Below are positions 49,701 to 58,664 of a stretch of 64,000 nucleotides of DNA, one piece after another; the first letter of the stretch is position 1; each line of letters starts with the position of its first letter. Origin of the DNA: Chitinophaga pinensis (GTDB lineage Bacteria > Bacteroidota > Bacteroidia > UKL13-3). The notes under the pieces are model-generated. The model was not told where the DNA came from. It saw only the letters and a program-made list of their open reading frames with translations, and searched no databases. The stretch is taken from assembly GCA_945873755.1 (NCBI GenBank), contig CAMCEM010000003.1, positions 1,085-65,084 on the forward strand. Reading direction: 5' to 3'. The translations under genes were made by a program, and so were the position numbers.

Positions 49701-50369
49701 ATGAAAAAAATAGCACTATTTTTACTAATTGCTTTGTGTGTGCAAAGTAGTATTAATGCCAAGAATAAGAAAAAAGAAAGTCAAGGAAACACTTTCACCA
49801 TAAGTAAGGAATTAAAAGGATTTGAAGTTGATTATTTAACTAACAAAGATTTTAAAACTAAGGTAGAAAATAAAAAGTTTTGGGGTATTTTAGAAATAAT
49901 TATTGATTGGGTAGCCTCCTTGTTTAACAGCAGTTATGGTAAATATACCGATGATACAAAAAATCAAGACGGACCATATTTTTTATTCGATAGGAGCCCT
50001 AATGGCTTGCCAATATCTGAACAATTACAGCAATTACGGAATAAAATTATGGGTAAAGATGCCACTAATACAATTATAGCGTCTAATAACTATGATAGTA
50101 TATATAAAACAATATTAGATAATGCAACAAATAATACTCCATCAAATTGTAACAAGTTTTCGGTTTGCGAAGGTGCTGCTATAGCTAAAAATGCTGCTTT
50201 TGTATATATTGTTGGAATAGGGCTTAACTTGGATGGTAATTTTGAGTACTTTACGGATATAAATTTGCGCAACGGATACAGGGACAAGGCTATAAACTAT
50301 TTAAAAAATTTGGAAGGTTTTTGCCTGCGGTTGGTGTTTTCACCAACCTTTTTTTTGTTAAAACTATAA
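49701..50369 (+). CDS. Secreted hypothetical protein whose 3' end runs into a REP hairpin (possibly a truncated gene)
   Basis: Signal peptide. The last about 15 codons ('FCLRLVFSPTFFLLKL') are encoded by the REP palindrome at 50323-50348 and its T-run. Confidence 0.45.
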   Translation: MKKIALFLLIALCVQSSINAKNKKKESQGNTFTISKELKGFEVDYLTNKDFKTKVENKKFWGILEIIIDWVASLFNSSYGKYTDDTKNQDGPYFLFDRSPNGLPISEQLQQLRNKIMGKDATNTIIASNNYDSIYKTILDNATNNTPSNCNKFSVCEGAAIAKNAAFVYIVGIGLNLDGNFEYFTDINLRNGYRDKAINYLKNLEGFCLRLVFSPTFFLLKL

Positions 50370-51045
50370 TGCCAAATGCATAATTATATTTACTTTTTTA
50401 CAGCCACAATTTTAAATTAGCAAAATTTGCTAAAGCCCGACAAATACAAACAAATAATTTGTGATAGTTTAAATTATTTGGTAAAAAATAAAAGAGTTAT
50501 AGTTTATGGCTTCGTAATTATGCCAAACCACATACATATAATTTGGCAAATAAACGAGCCCAACACAATAGAAACAGTTCAAAGAGATTTTTTGAAATTT
50601 ACTGTACAGCAAATTAAATTTGATTTGCTTAAAAAGCATGTAAATGTTTTAACATATTTTAAAAGTAATGCAAAAGATAGAGCCTATCAATTTTGGGAAA
50701 GAAGAGCCTATACTTCAAAATTATACAACAGAAAAGTAGTGGAAGAAAAACTAAACTATATTCATAATAACCCAATAAGTAAAAAATGGAATTTATGCAG
50801 TTTACCCGAGTTATATAAATACTCTTCGGCTTCCTTTTATTTAACAAATAACAGTCCTTTTGAATTTATTACTGATTACAGAAATGGCATTTAGCTTTAA
50901 TTGGTTGGTGAAAACACCAACCATAGGCAAATTTGATGTTGAAAAGAACAACCACAGGCAACACCAACCATATGGTAGATTTATTACTTATTATAGTAAT
51001 AGCATTTAACTTTAATTGGTTGGTGAAAACACCAACCAAAGGCAA
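50323..51045 (+). mobile_element. RAYT (REP-associated tyrosine transposase) locus flanked by inverted REP-like hairpins
   Basis: The hairpin 'ggttggtg-tttt-caccaacc' at 50329-50348 faces 'ggttggtg-aaaa-caccaacc' at 50903-50922 and 51018-51037. A 44-bp direct repeat (50887-50930 / 51002-51045) has 2 mismatches. A partial copy lies at about 50949-50975. Confidence 0.7.
50376..50894 (+). pseudogene. IS200/RAYT-type Y1 HUH transposase with an in-frame TAG at codon 15 (or an N-terminally truncated protein from the TTG at 50427)
   Basis: HUH motif 'MPNHIHIIW' and catalytic-Tyr motif 'LNYIHNNPI'. The same frame upstream reads 'MHNYIYFFTATILN*QNLLKPDKYK', where the stop (50418-50420) sits where a TGG (Trp) would restore a normal N-terminal beta-strand. 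Confidence 0.65.
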
Positions 51046-51131
51046 GATTAATAAAATTATTAATTAGGCACACAAAAAATATATAAATTTTAATAATTAC
51101 ATTGTATGTTTGGCAAAAAATAAAATTATAA

Positions 51132-51737
51132 ATGTTAGGATTACTTAAAAACTTACACCACAAATACGTTTTTCTTAGAAGAATAAATGTATTGTCGACT
51201 CAAATAGCACAACAATTACCAAACGACATTAGAATTTTAGATATTGGCTGTGGAGATGGAACTATTTCTAAAATGATTTTAGAAAATAAAAAGAATGTTA
51301 CTATAAATGGAATAGATGTTTTTGCAAGAGAAACTTGTGCAATTCCTTTTAAAATGTTTGATGGTAATACCATTCCGTATGCAGACAACGAGTATGATGC
51401 AACTATGTTTGTTGATGTTTTGCACCACACCACAAATATTAAAGAACTATTGACTGAGGCTGCAAGAGTAAGTAGCCAATACATTATTTTAAAAGATCAT
51501 CATTACAATAATGTATTCGATTTTGCAATTTTGCGTTTTATGGATTGGATAGGAAATGCACCACATGGAGTTAAAGTAATTTATAACTTTAAAACATTAA
51601 GTTTTTGGAAACAGACATTTAACGAAATAGGGTTTGAAATAGTAAGTTTAAATAACAATGTTCCAATTTATCCTTTTCCTTTTAATTTAATATTTGGTAG
51701 AGATTTGCATTTTATAGCAGTTCTTAAAAAAAAGTAA
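51132..51737 (+). CDS. Class I SAM-dependent methyltransferase
   Basis: 'ILDIGCGDGT' motif I and 'ATMFVDVLHH' motif II-like. Confidence 0.8.
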   Translation: MLGLLKNLHHKYVFLRRINVLSTQIAQQLPNDIRILDIGCGDGTISKMILENKKNVTINGIDVFARETCAIPFKMFDGNTIPYADNEYDATMFVDVLHHTTNIKELLTEAARVSSQYIILKDHHYNNVFDFAILRFMDWIGNAPHGVKVIYNFKTLSFWKQTFNEIGFEIVSLNNNVPIYPFPFNLIFGRDLHFIAVLKKK

Positions 51738-51743
51738 TTAGTT

Positions 51744-54659
51744 ATGATTGAAAAAAAGTTTATCGATTCTCGTATTAGTTTAATATTGATTTATCAGCAA
51801 AAGTTCGATAATCAATTTACACAGTTAATGCATAGTATTTCAAAATCAAAAACTGATTGTGAAGCAATAGTAATATGCAATGAAACAGATGAAAAAAGTA
51901 TTTTATCAAAAAATCAAGAGCTGATAAGTAAAAACAAACTAAAATTTGTAAACAAAAACGAAGATTTTTTTCAAAAAGCTGTTCAATTAATCGAAGGCGC
52001 TAACACCATTATTTGCGATGGAATTAGTTTGTTTAACATTAACTCAAGTTTAGCGTGGGTTAACACCAATAAAAAGAATCTAGTTAAAGATGAATTTTAT
52101 ATTGCAACTAGAAAAATAGATGCCAAAAAGTTAGCAATAACTGATAGACTTAGCAATGCTGCATACAAATTTTTTACACCATCAAAAAACGAAGATGCTG
52201 GTTTTGGCCAGTTAATTGTTAACTCTAAAATTTTAACAGAAACACTTACAAATGATAGTTGCTATTCGAAAAATGTAAATGAACTTATTTTACATTTAGA
52301 ATTACATGAAATTAAATTAAACGAAGCGGTTATAAGTGCTCACGATAAAGTAAATGCTGCAAGTTGGGTTGATGTTTTAAAATCGCCCCTCTACTTTTTT
52401 AAACACATAATAAATTGGTTTATCCTTTATCCTTTTAAACAAATTGGTGCTAAAAAGTTTCAATTAAATAATGGAAATTCAGGAATTTACAGGTTGTTAT
52501 TTTTAGTAAGCACTTTTTTTATTGCTTATTTTATGCTTAGCAAAAGTTTCGATTTTGGTTTAACATGGGATAGCAAACTCCATAACCAATATGGTTACGA
52601 TATGTTAAAATATTTTGAAAGTGGAGGAAAAGATACTACTTGTTTTACTTCGCATAGAGATTATCCGTATTACGGAGAGCATATTAATGTAATTGCTTCG
52701 TACATCAATAAAAATTATGAGCCTAGTTGGGGCGAATATGGAACAAGACATTTATTAAATGCATTGTATGGTTTTATAGCCATGCTTTTTGCTGGTTTAA
52801 TTGCCCGCGAGTTACTTTCGTGGCGAACAGGATTAATAGCATTTTGGGCAATTTTTTTAACACCTACTTTCTTTGCTCATAGTATGAATAATCCTACTGA
52901 TATTCCACTGGCAACTGGTTTTGCAATTGCAATATTTGGAATTATTAAAATATTAAAACAACTGCCTAAAGTAAAGTTCAATGCAATTTTAATTTTTGCA
53001 ATTGGTTTTGGAGTAGCCATAGGCTCGCGTATTGTGGGCGTTTTATTGGTGGCGTATTTGGGTATGTTTATGGGAATTATTTGGTTGTTGGTTGTAAAAA
53101 AAACATCTTTTAATGATGGTCTAAAATTAATTTTCCCTTATTTAAAAGTAATTGGCTTGGCATTTATAATAGGATATTTTATAGGCTTGTCGTTATGGCC
53201 TTATGGCAGATTTAGACCTATTGATGGACCTTTGGAAGCACTTACTCGCTCATCGAACAATGCTTTTTATGCTTATAACTTAGAACTGTGGCAAGGAGTA
53301 AAAACCTATATGATTTACATGCCTTGGTATTATGTAGTTAAGTTTATGGGTATTACATTGCCTTTATATGTGCTATTAGGAATACTTTTATTTATTGGAA
53401 GTTTGTTTTTTTATGTAAAAAAGAAACCTGCCATTCCAGTATTTTTGGTATTATTTACTTTTGTATTTCCATTAATTTATGCTGAAATAAAAAACATAAC
53501 ATACTATAATGGTTGGCGACATTATTTGTTTATTTATCCATCGTTAGTAGCGCTACTAGCTTTAGGTTACGATTATACATTTACGTACATTAAACCTAAA
53601 TTTATATCGTATATTTTAGCTGTATTAATGTTTGGATTAGCTGCAAAAACTACTTTATGGAGTATTCAAAATCACCCTAACGAAACCGTTTATTACAACG
53701 AAATTGTTGGCGGAACTAAAGGTGCTTTTGGTAATTACGAAATGGATTATTACGCAAACAGTGCTCGCCAAGCTGCTGAATGGATTGCCAATAATGAACC
53801 AAAAGGGAAAAAATTAGTAATTGGTACAAACAACGAACCTTTATGTGTGAGTTATTATGCAACCAAAATTAATGATAGCATTCAAACAGTTTGGATGAGA
53901 GATTATGAAGAAGAAAAGCAGTTTTGGGATTACCAAGTGTTAACATCAAGAACTTATTCAAAAACCCAAATGAATAATGGAGGTTATCCTCCAAAAGGAA
54001 CTGTTTATACTGTAAATGTTGATGGTGTTCCAATTGCGGCAGTTGTAAAACGAGAAGTGTTTTATATGCCTTTAGGTTATAGAGCCATTGATAACAAACA
54101 AATAGATTCAGCAATTTATTATTTTGCAAAAGCAACAGAATGGGACAACAAAAGCGAAGAAAATTTTAGAATGTATGGTTTTGCTTTAATGCTCGGAAAC
54201 AGATTTGATGAGGCTGATAAAGCATTTAATAAATCAATTGAATTATATCCTGAAAATTATTCAGCTTATGCCAACAAAGGTTTAATGTACTTTAACCAAA
54301 AATTATATCAAAAAAGTATTGAAGCCTGTGCCAAAGCAACCAAATTGAAAGAAAATATTACTGAAGCTTATTATTATGCTGCTTTGGCTTATTTAAATAT
54401 GAACGATTACAACGGAGCAATTGAAAGATTAGAAACTGCATTGAAATTCAATGGACAATCGCCCGAAATTTTTTATTATTTAGGAAAGTCGTACGAAGCA
54501 ATAAAAAACACAACCAAAGCAGCGGCTAATTTTGAATATTGTTTAGGCATGAATCCCAACTTTAAGCAAGCTTGGGGCGATTTGGCCAACCAATATAGAA
54601 GTTTGGGTAAAACACAAGATGCAGATTTTTGTATGCAAAAGTATAATTCAATTCCATAA
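51744..54659 (+). CDS. GT-C (ArnT/PMT-like) polytopic membrane glycosyltransferase with a cytoplasmic N-domain and C-terminal TPR repeats
   Basis: About 220-aa soluble N-region, about 12 hydrophobic helices (52.4-53.7 kb), and a C-terminal TPR-like region ('AIYYFAKATEWD', 'YANKGLMYFNQKLYQKSIEA', 'AYYYAALAYLNMNDYNGAIE', 'YYLGKSYEAIKN'). A GT2 and a methyltransferase lie nearby. Confidence 0.55.
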   Translation: MIEKKFIDSRISLILIYQQKFDNQFTQLMHSISKSKTDCEAIVICNETDEKSILSKNQELISKNKLKFVNKNEDFFQKAVQLIEGANTIICDGISLFNINSSLAWVNTNKKNLVKDEFYIATRKIDAKKLAITDRLSNAAYKFFTPSKNEDAGFGQLIVNSKILTETLTNDSCYSKNVNELILHLELHEIKLNEAVISAHDKVNAASWVDVLKSPLYFFKHIINWFILYPFKQIGAKKFQLNNGNSGIYRLLFLVSTFFIAYFMLSKSFDFGLTWDSKLHNQYGYDMLKYFESGGKDTTCFTSHRDYPYYGEHINVIASYINKNYEPSWGEYGTRHLLNALYGFIAMLFAGLIARELLSWRTGLIAFWAIFLTPTFFAHSMNNPTDIPLATGFAIAIFGIIKILKQLPKVKFNAILIFAIGFGVAIGSRIVGVLLVAYLGMFMGIIWLLVVKKTSFNDGLKLIFPYLKVIGLAFIIGYFIGLSLWPYGRFRPIDGPLEALTRSSNNAFYAYNLELWQGVKTYMIYMPWYYVVKFMGITLPLYVLLGILLFIGSLFFYVKKKPAIPVFLVLFTFVFPLIYAEIKNITYYNGWRHYLFIYPSLVALLALGYDYTFTYIKPKFISYILAVLMFGLAAKTTLWSIQNHPNETVYYNEIVGGTKGAFGNYEMDYYANSARQAAEWIANNEPKGKKLVIGTNNEPLCVSYYATKINDSIQTVWMRDYEEEKQFWDYQVLTSRTYSKTQMNNGGYPPKGTVYTVNVDGVPIAAVVKREVFYMPLGYRAIDNKQIDSAIYYFAKATEWDNKSEENFRMYGFALMLGNRFDEADKAFNKSIELYPENYSAYANKGLMYFNQKLYQKSIEACAKATKLKENITEAYYYAALAYLNMNDYNGAIERLETALKFNGQSPEIFYYLGKSYEAIKNTTKAAANFEYCLGMNPNFKQAWGDLANQYRSLGKTQDADFCMQKYNSIP

Positions 54660-54701
54660 AAAACATTTGTAATAATTTTACGTTATAATTGTAATATTAA
54701 T

Positions 54702-55088
54702 ATGCCAATAGCCATTTCGAACGATGTAAAAATTAGTGTTGATACTTTTTATCAAAACGATAAATTGAACAACATAGAAGGCAATTATATGTTTGCTTAT
54801 AGAATTACTATTGAAAACAGAGGTGATTTTACTATAAAATTATTACGCAGACATTGGGATATTGTTGATTCAATTTATGGTGTTAGTGTTGTTGATGGCG
54901 ATGGTGTTATAGGCGAGCAACCTATATTAGAACCTGGTGAAAGTTATACTTATGTTTCTGGTTGTGCTTTAATAAGCGAGTTTGGTAAAATGAATGGATA
55001 TTATTGCATGCAACGCCAAATTGATGAAAAAGAATTCAATGTTATAATACCTGAATTTCAACTTATAGTTCCATTTAAATTAAATTAA
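54702..55088 (+). CDS. apaG: ApaG (DUF525) protein
   Basis: 'FAYRITIENRGDFTIKLLRRHWDIVD...GDGVIGEQPILEPGESYTYVSG' parallels E. coli ApaG. Confidence 0.88.
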   Translation: MPIAISNDVKISVDTFYQNDKLNNIEGNYMFAYRITIENRGDFTIKLLRRHWDIVDSIYGVSVVDGDGVIGEQPILEPGESYTYVSGCALISEFGKMNGYYCMQRQIDEKEFNVIIPEFQLIVPFKLN

Positions 55089-56182
55089 AATTCATATACA
55101 TGCATAGTTCCTGGCATTGGTAAACTATATTTATCAGATAGTTTTAAGGAATCTAAATCTCTATCTACACTTTTTGCCTTTTTAAAAAAATAATTAAAAT
55201 TAGTAGCATTCACTGTTTTAATTTTTTTGGGTGAGTAAGGGTTAAAAAAATTTTCCCAATGAGTAAGTAACACTTTTTCAGGCTTTATTTGATTTAGTAA
55301 GTTTTGTGGATAACAATTAGTAAAGTTTGCTGATGCAATTTGCAAAATAGCCAAATCTATTTTTTTATCTTGTAATAATTCATCTTCAATTTTACCTTCG
55401 TTAATTTCGCATCCTGCGCCTTTTATTAAAATTCTATATTTAATAATTGAATCACTTTCCAATAAATCAACTATAAATGCAAAAGTTTTCCCTTCTTTAA
55501 ATTGGTTTGCTTTTACTAATTGAGTTGAACTTTTAAAATTATTAAAATACATACTATCAGTATGTCCTTTCATAAAATGTATATGCCTAAAATGAGGAGC
55601 ATGACTTGATGGAATAATTAGTACACGCATGTTGTTGCTAATTTTAATCCAATTTTTATTTTTAAATTTACTATTGTAAACAAAGTTTTCTGAGTTATTA
55701 AATTTCCTGTTTTTAATAAAATTATTAATTATGTTTTTGGTCGATTGGTCGCCATAAATAAGCGCATTAGTTGGCAATGAATCTTTTTCTAATAAATACG
55801 CTAAATCAAGCAAATGATCGTAATGTGAGTGAGAAATAAATACAGCATTTATTTTACTAAAACTGTTGTTATTTCTATTAACAAACCAACTTCCTTTTTT
55901 AAAATACCCTTCTTTAAATTTAATTTTTCCTAAAGCAGCTTTTAAACCTCTGTTATTCGAAAAAAAAGGGTCAAATAAAATGGTTTCATCTTTAAATTTA
56001 ATAAGCAAGTTATTACAACCTAGGTATTGAACATAAACTTTATTATTGTTACTATTTACATTTTTTATTTCCTTTAAAGTATCCTTGGTTAAAACACCCA
56101 ATTTTTCGTACTTTTTAGGATAATGGGGAAAAGAACAAGAAATTGCATGCCAACAGATTAAAAGTAAAAAAGTTTGTCTCAT
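55085..56182 (-). CDS. MBL-fold metallo-hydrolase (lipoprotein-like N-terminus)
   Basis: 'VFISHSHYDHLLD' metal-binding motif. N-terminal 'AISCS'. Confidence 0.7.
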   Translation of the reverse strand: MRQTFLLLICWHAISCSFPHYPKKYEKLGVLTKDTLKEIKNVNSNNNKVYVQYLGCNNLLIKFKDETILFDPFFSNNRGLKAALGKIKFKEGYFKKGSWFVNRNNNSFSKINAVFISHSHYDHLLDLAYLLEKDSLPTNALIYGDQSTKNIINNFIKNRKFNNSENFVYNSKFKNKNWIKISNNMRVLIIPSSHAPHFRHIHFMKGHTDSMYFNNFKSSTQLVKANQFKEGKTFAFIVDLLESDSIIKYRILIKGAGCEINEGKIEDELLQDKKIDLAILQIASANFTNCYPQNLLNQIKPEKVLLTHWENFFNPYSPKKIKTVNATNFNYFFKKAKSVDRDLDSLKLSDKYSLPMPGTMHVYEF

Positions 56183-56334
56183 TATTGTTGCGAAATTACA
56201 TTTACATTTTAAAAAAAACTCATTAAGTAATAAATGTATAAAATAAAATAATGATTATAAGTATATTAAATATTTAGTTTGTTTTCATGTTATGATTTAA
56301 ATATACTTTATTTGTTGTTAAATAATTCTAAATC

Positions 56335-57384
56335 ATGAGTATTCAATCAATAATGGAAGAAATGACCAAAACAAGCGAGAAGCTTGTGAAAGGATATGAA
56401 GTTTTACAAAATATAAAAGAAGTAGAAATTGCTACTACTCCAAAAGAATTGGTATGGCAAAACGACTTAGTTAAACTTTATCATTACAAACGCGAAACTC
56501 CAGCAAAAGTTAAAATTCCTGTATTGGTTTCGTTTGCTATGATGAATCGACATGATGTTTTAGACTTACAACCTGATAGAAGTTTAATGAAAAAACTATT
56601 AGATGAAGGTTTAGATATTTATATAATGGATTGGGGCTACCCAAAACAACAACATAAATTTTTAACAATGGAAGATTACATTATTGAATTTATGGGTGGT
56701 GCGGTTGATTTTATTCGTAAATCGACCAAGAACGATAAAATACACAAAATGGGTATTTGCCAAGGAGGAACATTTAGTACTATTTATGCTGCTTTATTCC
56801 CTCAAAAATTAAAATCACTTACTGTTTATGTAACTCCTTACGATTTTAGCGATAAAGGTAATTGCATGCTGTACAAATGGACTAAAGATTTAAATGTAGA
56901 TGCAATGGTTGATAATTTAGGAAATATTCCTGCCGACATGTTAAACGCTGGTTTTAGTTCTTTAAAACCAAGTATGGACATAAGTAAATACTTTGGCGTA
57001 ATGGATATGTTAGAAGATGAAGCCAAAATGCTTAATTTTTTACGCATGGAAAAATGGAAAGCAGATTGCCCCGATATAGCGGGCGAAATGTTTAGAAAAT
57101 ACATAAAAGATTTGTGGCAAGACAATAAATTGGTAAAAGGTGAACTTGAAATAGGTGGACGCAATGTAAATTTAAAAAATGTAACCATGCCTTTTTTAAA
57201 TATTTATGCAACCGAAGACACTATTATTCCTAATAACTCTACCATTCCGGTAAATGATTTAATAGGTTCAAAAGACAAGGAATTATATGCTTTCCCAGGT
57301 GGTCATATTGGAGTGTTTGTGGGTGCAAAATCGCAAAAAGAATTAGCGCCAAAAGTGGCTAAATGGGTTGCTGAAAAAAGCTAA
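56335..57384 (+). CDS. phaC: Class III-type poly(3-hydroxyalkanoate) synthase PhaC-like alpha/beta hydrolase
   Basis: About 350 aa. Cys-containing lipase box 'MGICQGGTFS' as in class III/IV PhaC. 'LVSFAMMNRHDVLDL', and 'PGGHIGVFVG' near the C-terminus. Confidence 0.55.
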   Translation: MSIQSIMEEMTKTSEKLVKGYEVLQNIKEVEIATTPKELVWQNDLVKLYHYKRETPAKVKIPVLVSFAMMNRHDVLDLQPDRSLMKKLLDEGLDIYIMDWGYPKQQHKFLTMEDYIIEFMGGAVDFIRKSTKNDKIHKMGICQGGTFSTIYAALFPQKLKSLTVYVTPYDFSDKGNCMLYKWTKDLNVDAMVDNLGNIPADMLNAGFSSLKPSMDISKYFGVMDMLEDEAKMLNFLRMEKWKADCPDIAGEMFRKYIKDLWQDNKLVKGELEIGGRNVNLKNVTMPFLNIYATEDTIIPNNSTIPVNDLIGSKDKELYAFPGGHIGVFVGAKSQKELAPKVAKWVAEKS

Positions 57385-57434
57385 TCACAATTTGTGATTT
57401 ATTATTTCTGATTTTTGAAATGAAAAGGCTGCTT

Positions 57435-57645
57435 TAGCACTCGCTCGCATCTTGCGAGTGTGGGTTTAGTTGGCGTCTCGTCATTTTTACTTTAAATTAC
57501 CAGCCAGAGGCTTATCAATATATTCACTCTTAGCACTCGCTCGCATCTTGCGAGTGTGGGTTTAGTTGGCGTCTCGCCTTTTTACTTTAAATTACCAGCC
57601 GGAGGCTTATCAATATATTCACTCGCAAGATGCGAGCGAGTGCGG
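57435..57645. repeat. Tandem direct repeat (2 x about 95 bp) plus a third partial copy with an inverted hairpin loop
   Basis: Copy 1 is 57435-57529 and copy 2 is 57531-57624 (a few substitutions and a 1-nt indel). The 24-nt core 'gcactcgctcgcatcttgcgagtg' (57437-57460, 57533-57556) recurs as its exact reverse complement at 57620-57643. Confidence 0.9.
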
Positions 57646-57665
57646 GACCTTTCAATCTTTCAATT

Positions 57666-58343
57666 TCACAAACGCCAATCAATGGGGGTTTTGTTATTGG
57701 CTAATAAATATTCGTTTGTTTTTGAAAATGGTTTACTTCCAAAAAATCCTCGGGAAGCAGATAGGGGAGAAGGGTGAACTGACTTAATAATAAAATGCTT
57801 GTTTGGATTGATAAACTCCATTTTATCATGTGCATTTTTGCCCCAAAGTATAAAAACTACCTTTTCTTTTTGGTTCGAAATATTTTCAATTACTTTATTG
57901 GTAAACTGTTGCCAACCAATTTTACTGTGTGAATTAGCTTGATCTTTTAATACAGTTAGGCTTGTGTTTAACAATAAAACTCCTTGCTTAGCCCAGTATT
58001 GTAAATTTCCATGATTTGGTTTTTTAAATTCAGTTATATCTGTTTCAAGTTCTTTGTAAATATTCCTTAAACTAGGTGGAATTTTTATTCCTTCATTTAC
58101 TGAAAAACATAAACCATTGGCTTCTCCTTCGCCATGGTAAGGATCTTGGCCAAGCAATACCACATTTATTTTATCAAAAGGTGTTAAATTAAATGCTTCA
58201 AAAACAAGTGATTCAGGTGGAAATATATTTTCACCCTCGGCTTTTTGTGCTATTAGTTTTTTTTCTATTGCTTTAAAATATGGTTTTTCTTTTTCTGAAT
58301 CGAAAAGCCATAACCACGATGGATGAATGTTCTGAAAGTTCAT
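57666..58343 (-). CDS. ung: Uracil-DNA glycosylase (family 1)
   Basis: 'VVLLGQDPYHGEGEANGLCFSV' water-activating loop and 'HPSPLSA' motif. Confidence 0.95.
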   Translation of the reverse strand: MNFQNIHPSWLWLFDSEKEKPYFKAIEKKLIAQKAEGENIFPPESLVFEAFNLTPFDKINVVLLGQDPYHGEGEANGLCFSVNEGIKIPPSLRNIYKELETDITEFKKPNHGNLQYWAKQGVLLLNTSLTVLKDQANSHSKIGWQQFTNKVIENISNQKEKVVFILWGKNAHDKMEFINPNKHFIIKSVHPSPLSASRGFFGSKPFSKTNEYLLANNKTPIDWRL

Positions 58344-58400
58344 TTGGGAGCAGTGTTGAGCCGAATTTTCAATTATTTATTGACGATATTTTTAAAACAA

Positions 58401-58431
58401 AAAAGCCAAAATTGATTAAATTTTGGCTTTT
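58401..58431. terminator. Bidirectional-looking rho-independent terminator hairpin
   Basis: 'aaaagccaaaatt-gatta-aattttggctttt': 13-bp perfect stem flanked by A-run and T-run. On the minus strand it follows the 45-aa ORF. Confidence 0.6.
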
Positions 58432-58453
58432 TATAAATATTTTTAAGTAAATA

Positions 58454-58591
58454 TTATCCTTCAATAATAACCGTACGTTCAGTATTTGGCGATTTTACTT
58501 TAACTAATTGTGTGTTCAATTTTATGCGTTGCACGCGTAAATGTGATTTAGTTTTATTTCTTCTGTCTTTTCTTTTTAAACGTGTAAACAT
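58454..58591 (-). CDS. Candidate 45-aa highly basic small protein (not in the ORF track)
   Basis: Hand translation of the minus strand gives 'MFTRLKRKDRRNKTKSHLRVQRIKLNTQLVKVKSPNTERTVIIEG*'. ATG at 58589-58591, TAA at 58454-58456, terminator hairpin 22 nt downstream. Confidence 0.4.
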   Translation of the reverse strand: MFTRLKRKDRRNKTKSHLRVQRIKLNTQLVKVKSPNTERTVIIEG

Positions 58592-58664
58592 GGTAATTCA
58601 ATTTTTATTGGGGGCAAATATAAGTTTTAATATCTTATTGTCAATTGGTAATTAATATTTTTTT

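Noticed and set aside
50418-50420. In-frame TAG in the RAYT gene as programmed read-through or reassigned codon
   Set aside because: TAG is used as an ordinary stop elsewhere in the window, for example at 9418-9420 and in the RAYT gene's own stop at 50892-50894. A nonsense mutation or truncated start is the simpler explanation.
57556-57787. Two overlapping 73-aa plus-strand ORFs
   Set aside because: They lie inside the 96-bp tandem repeat and run antisense into the 3' end of ung. They are mutually overlapping in different frames and have no coding-like composition.
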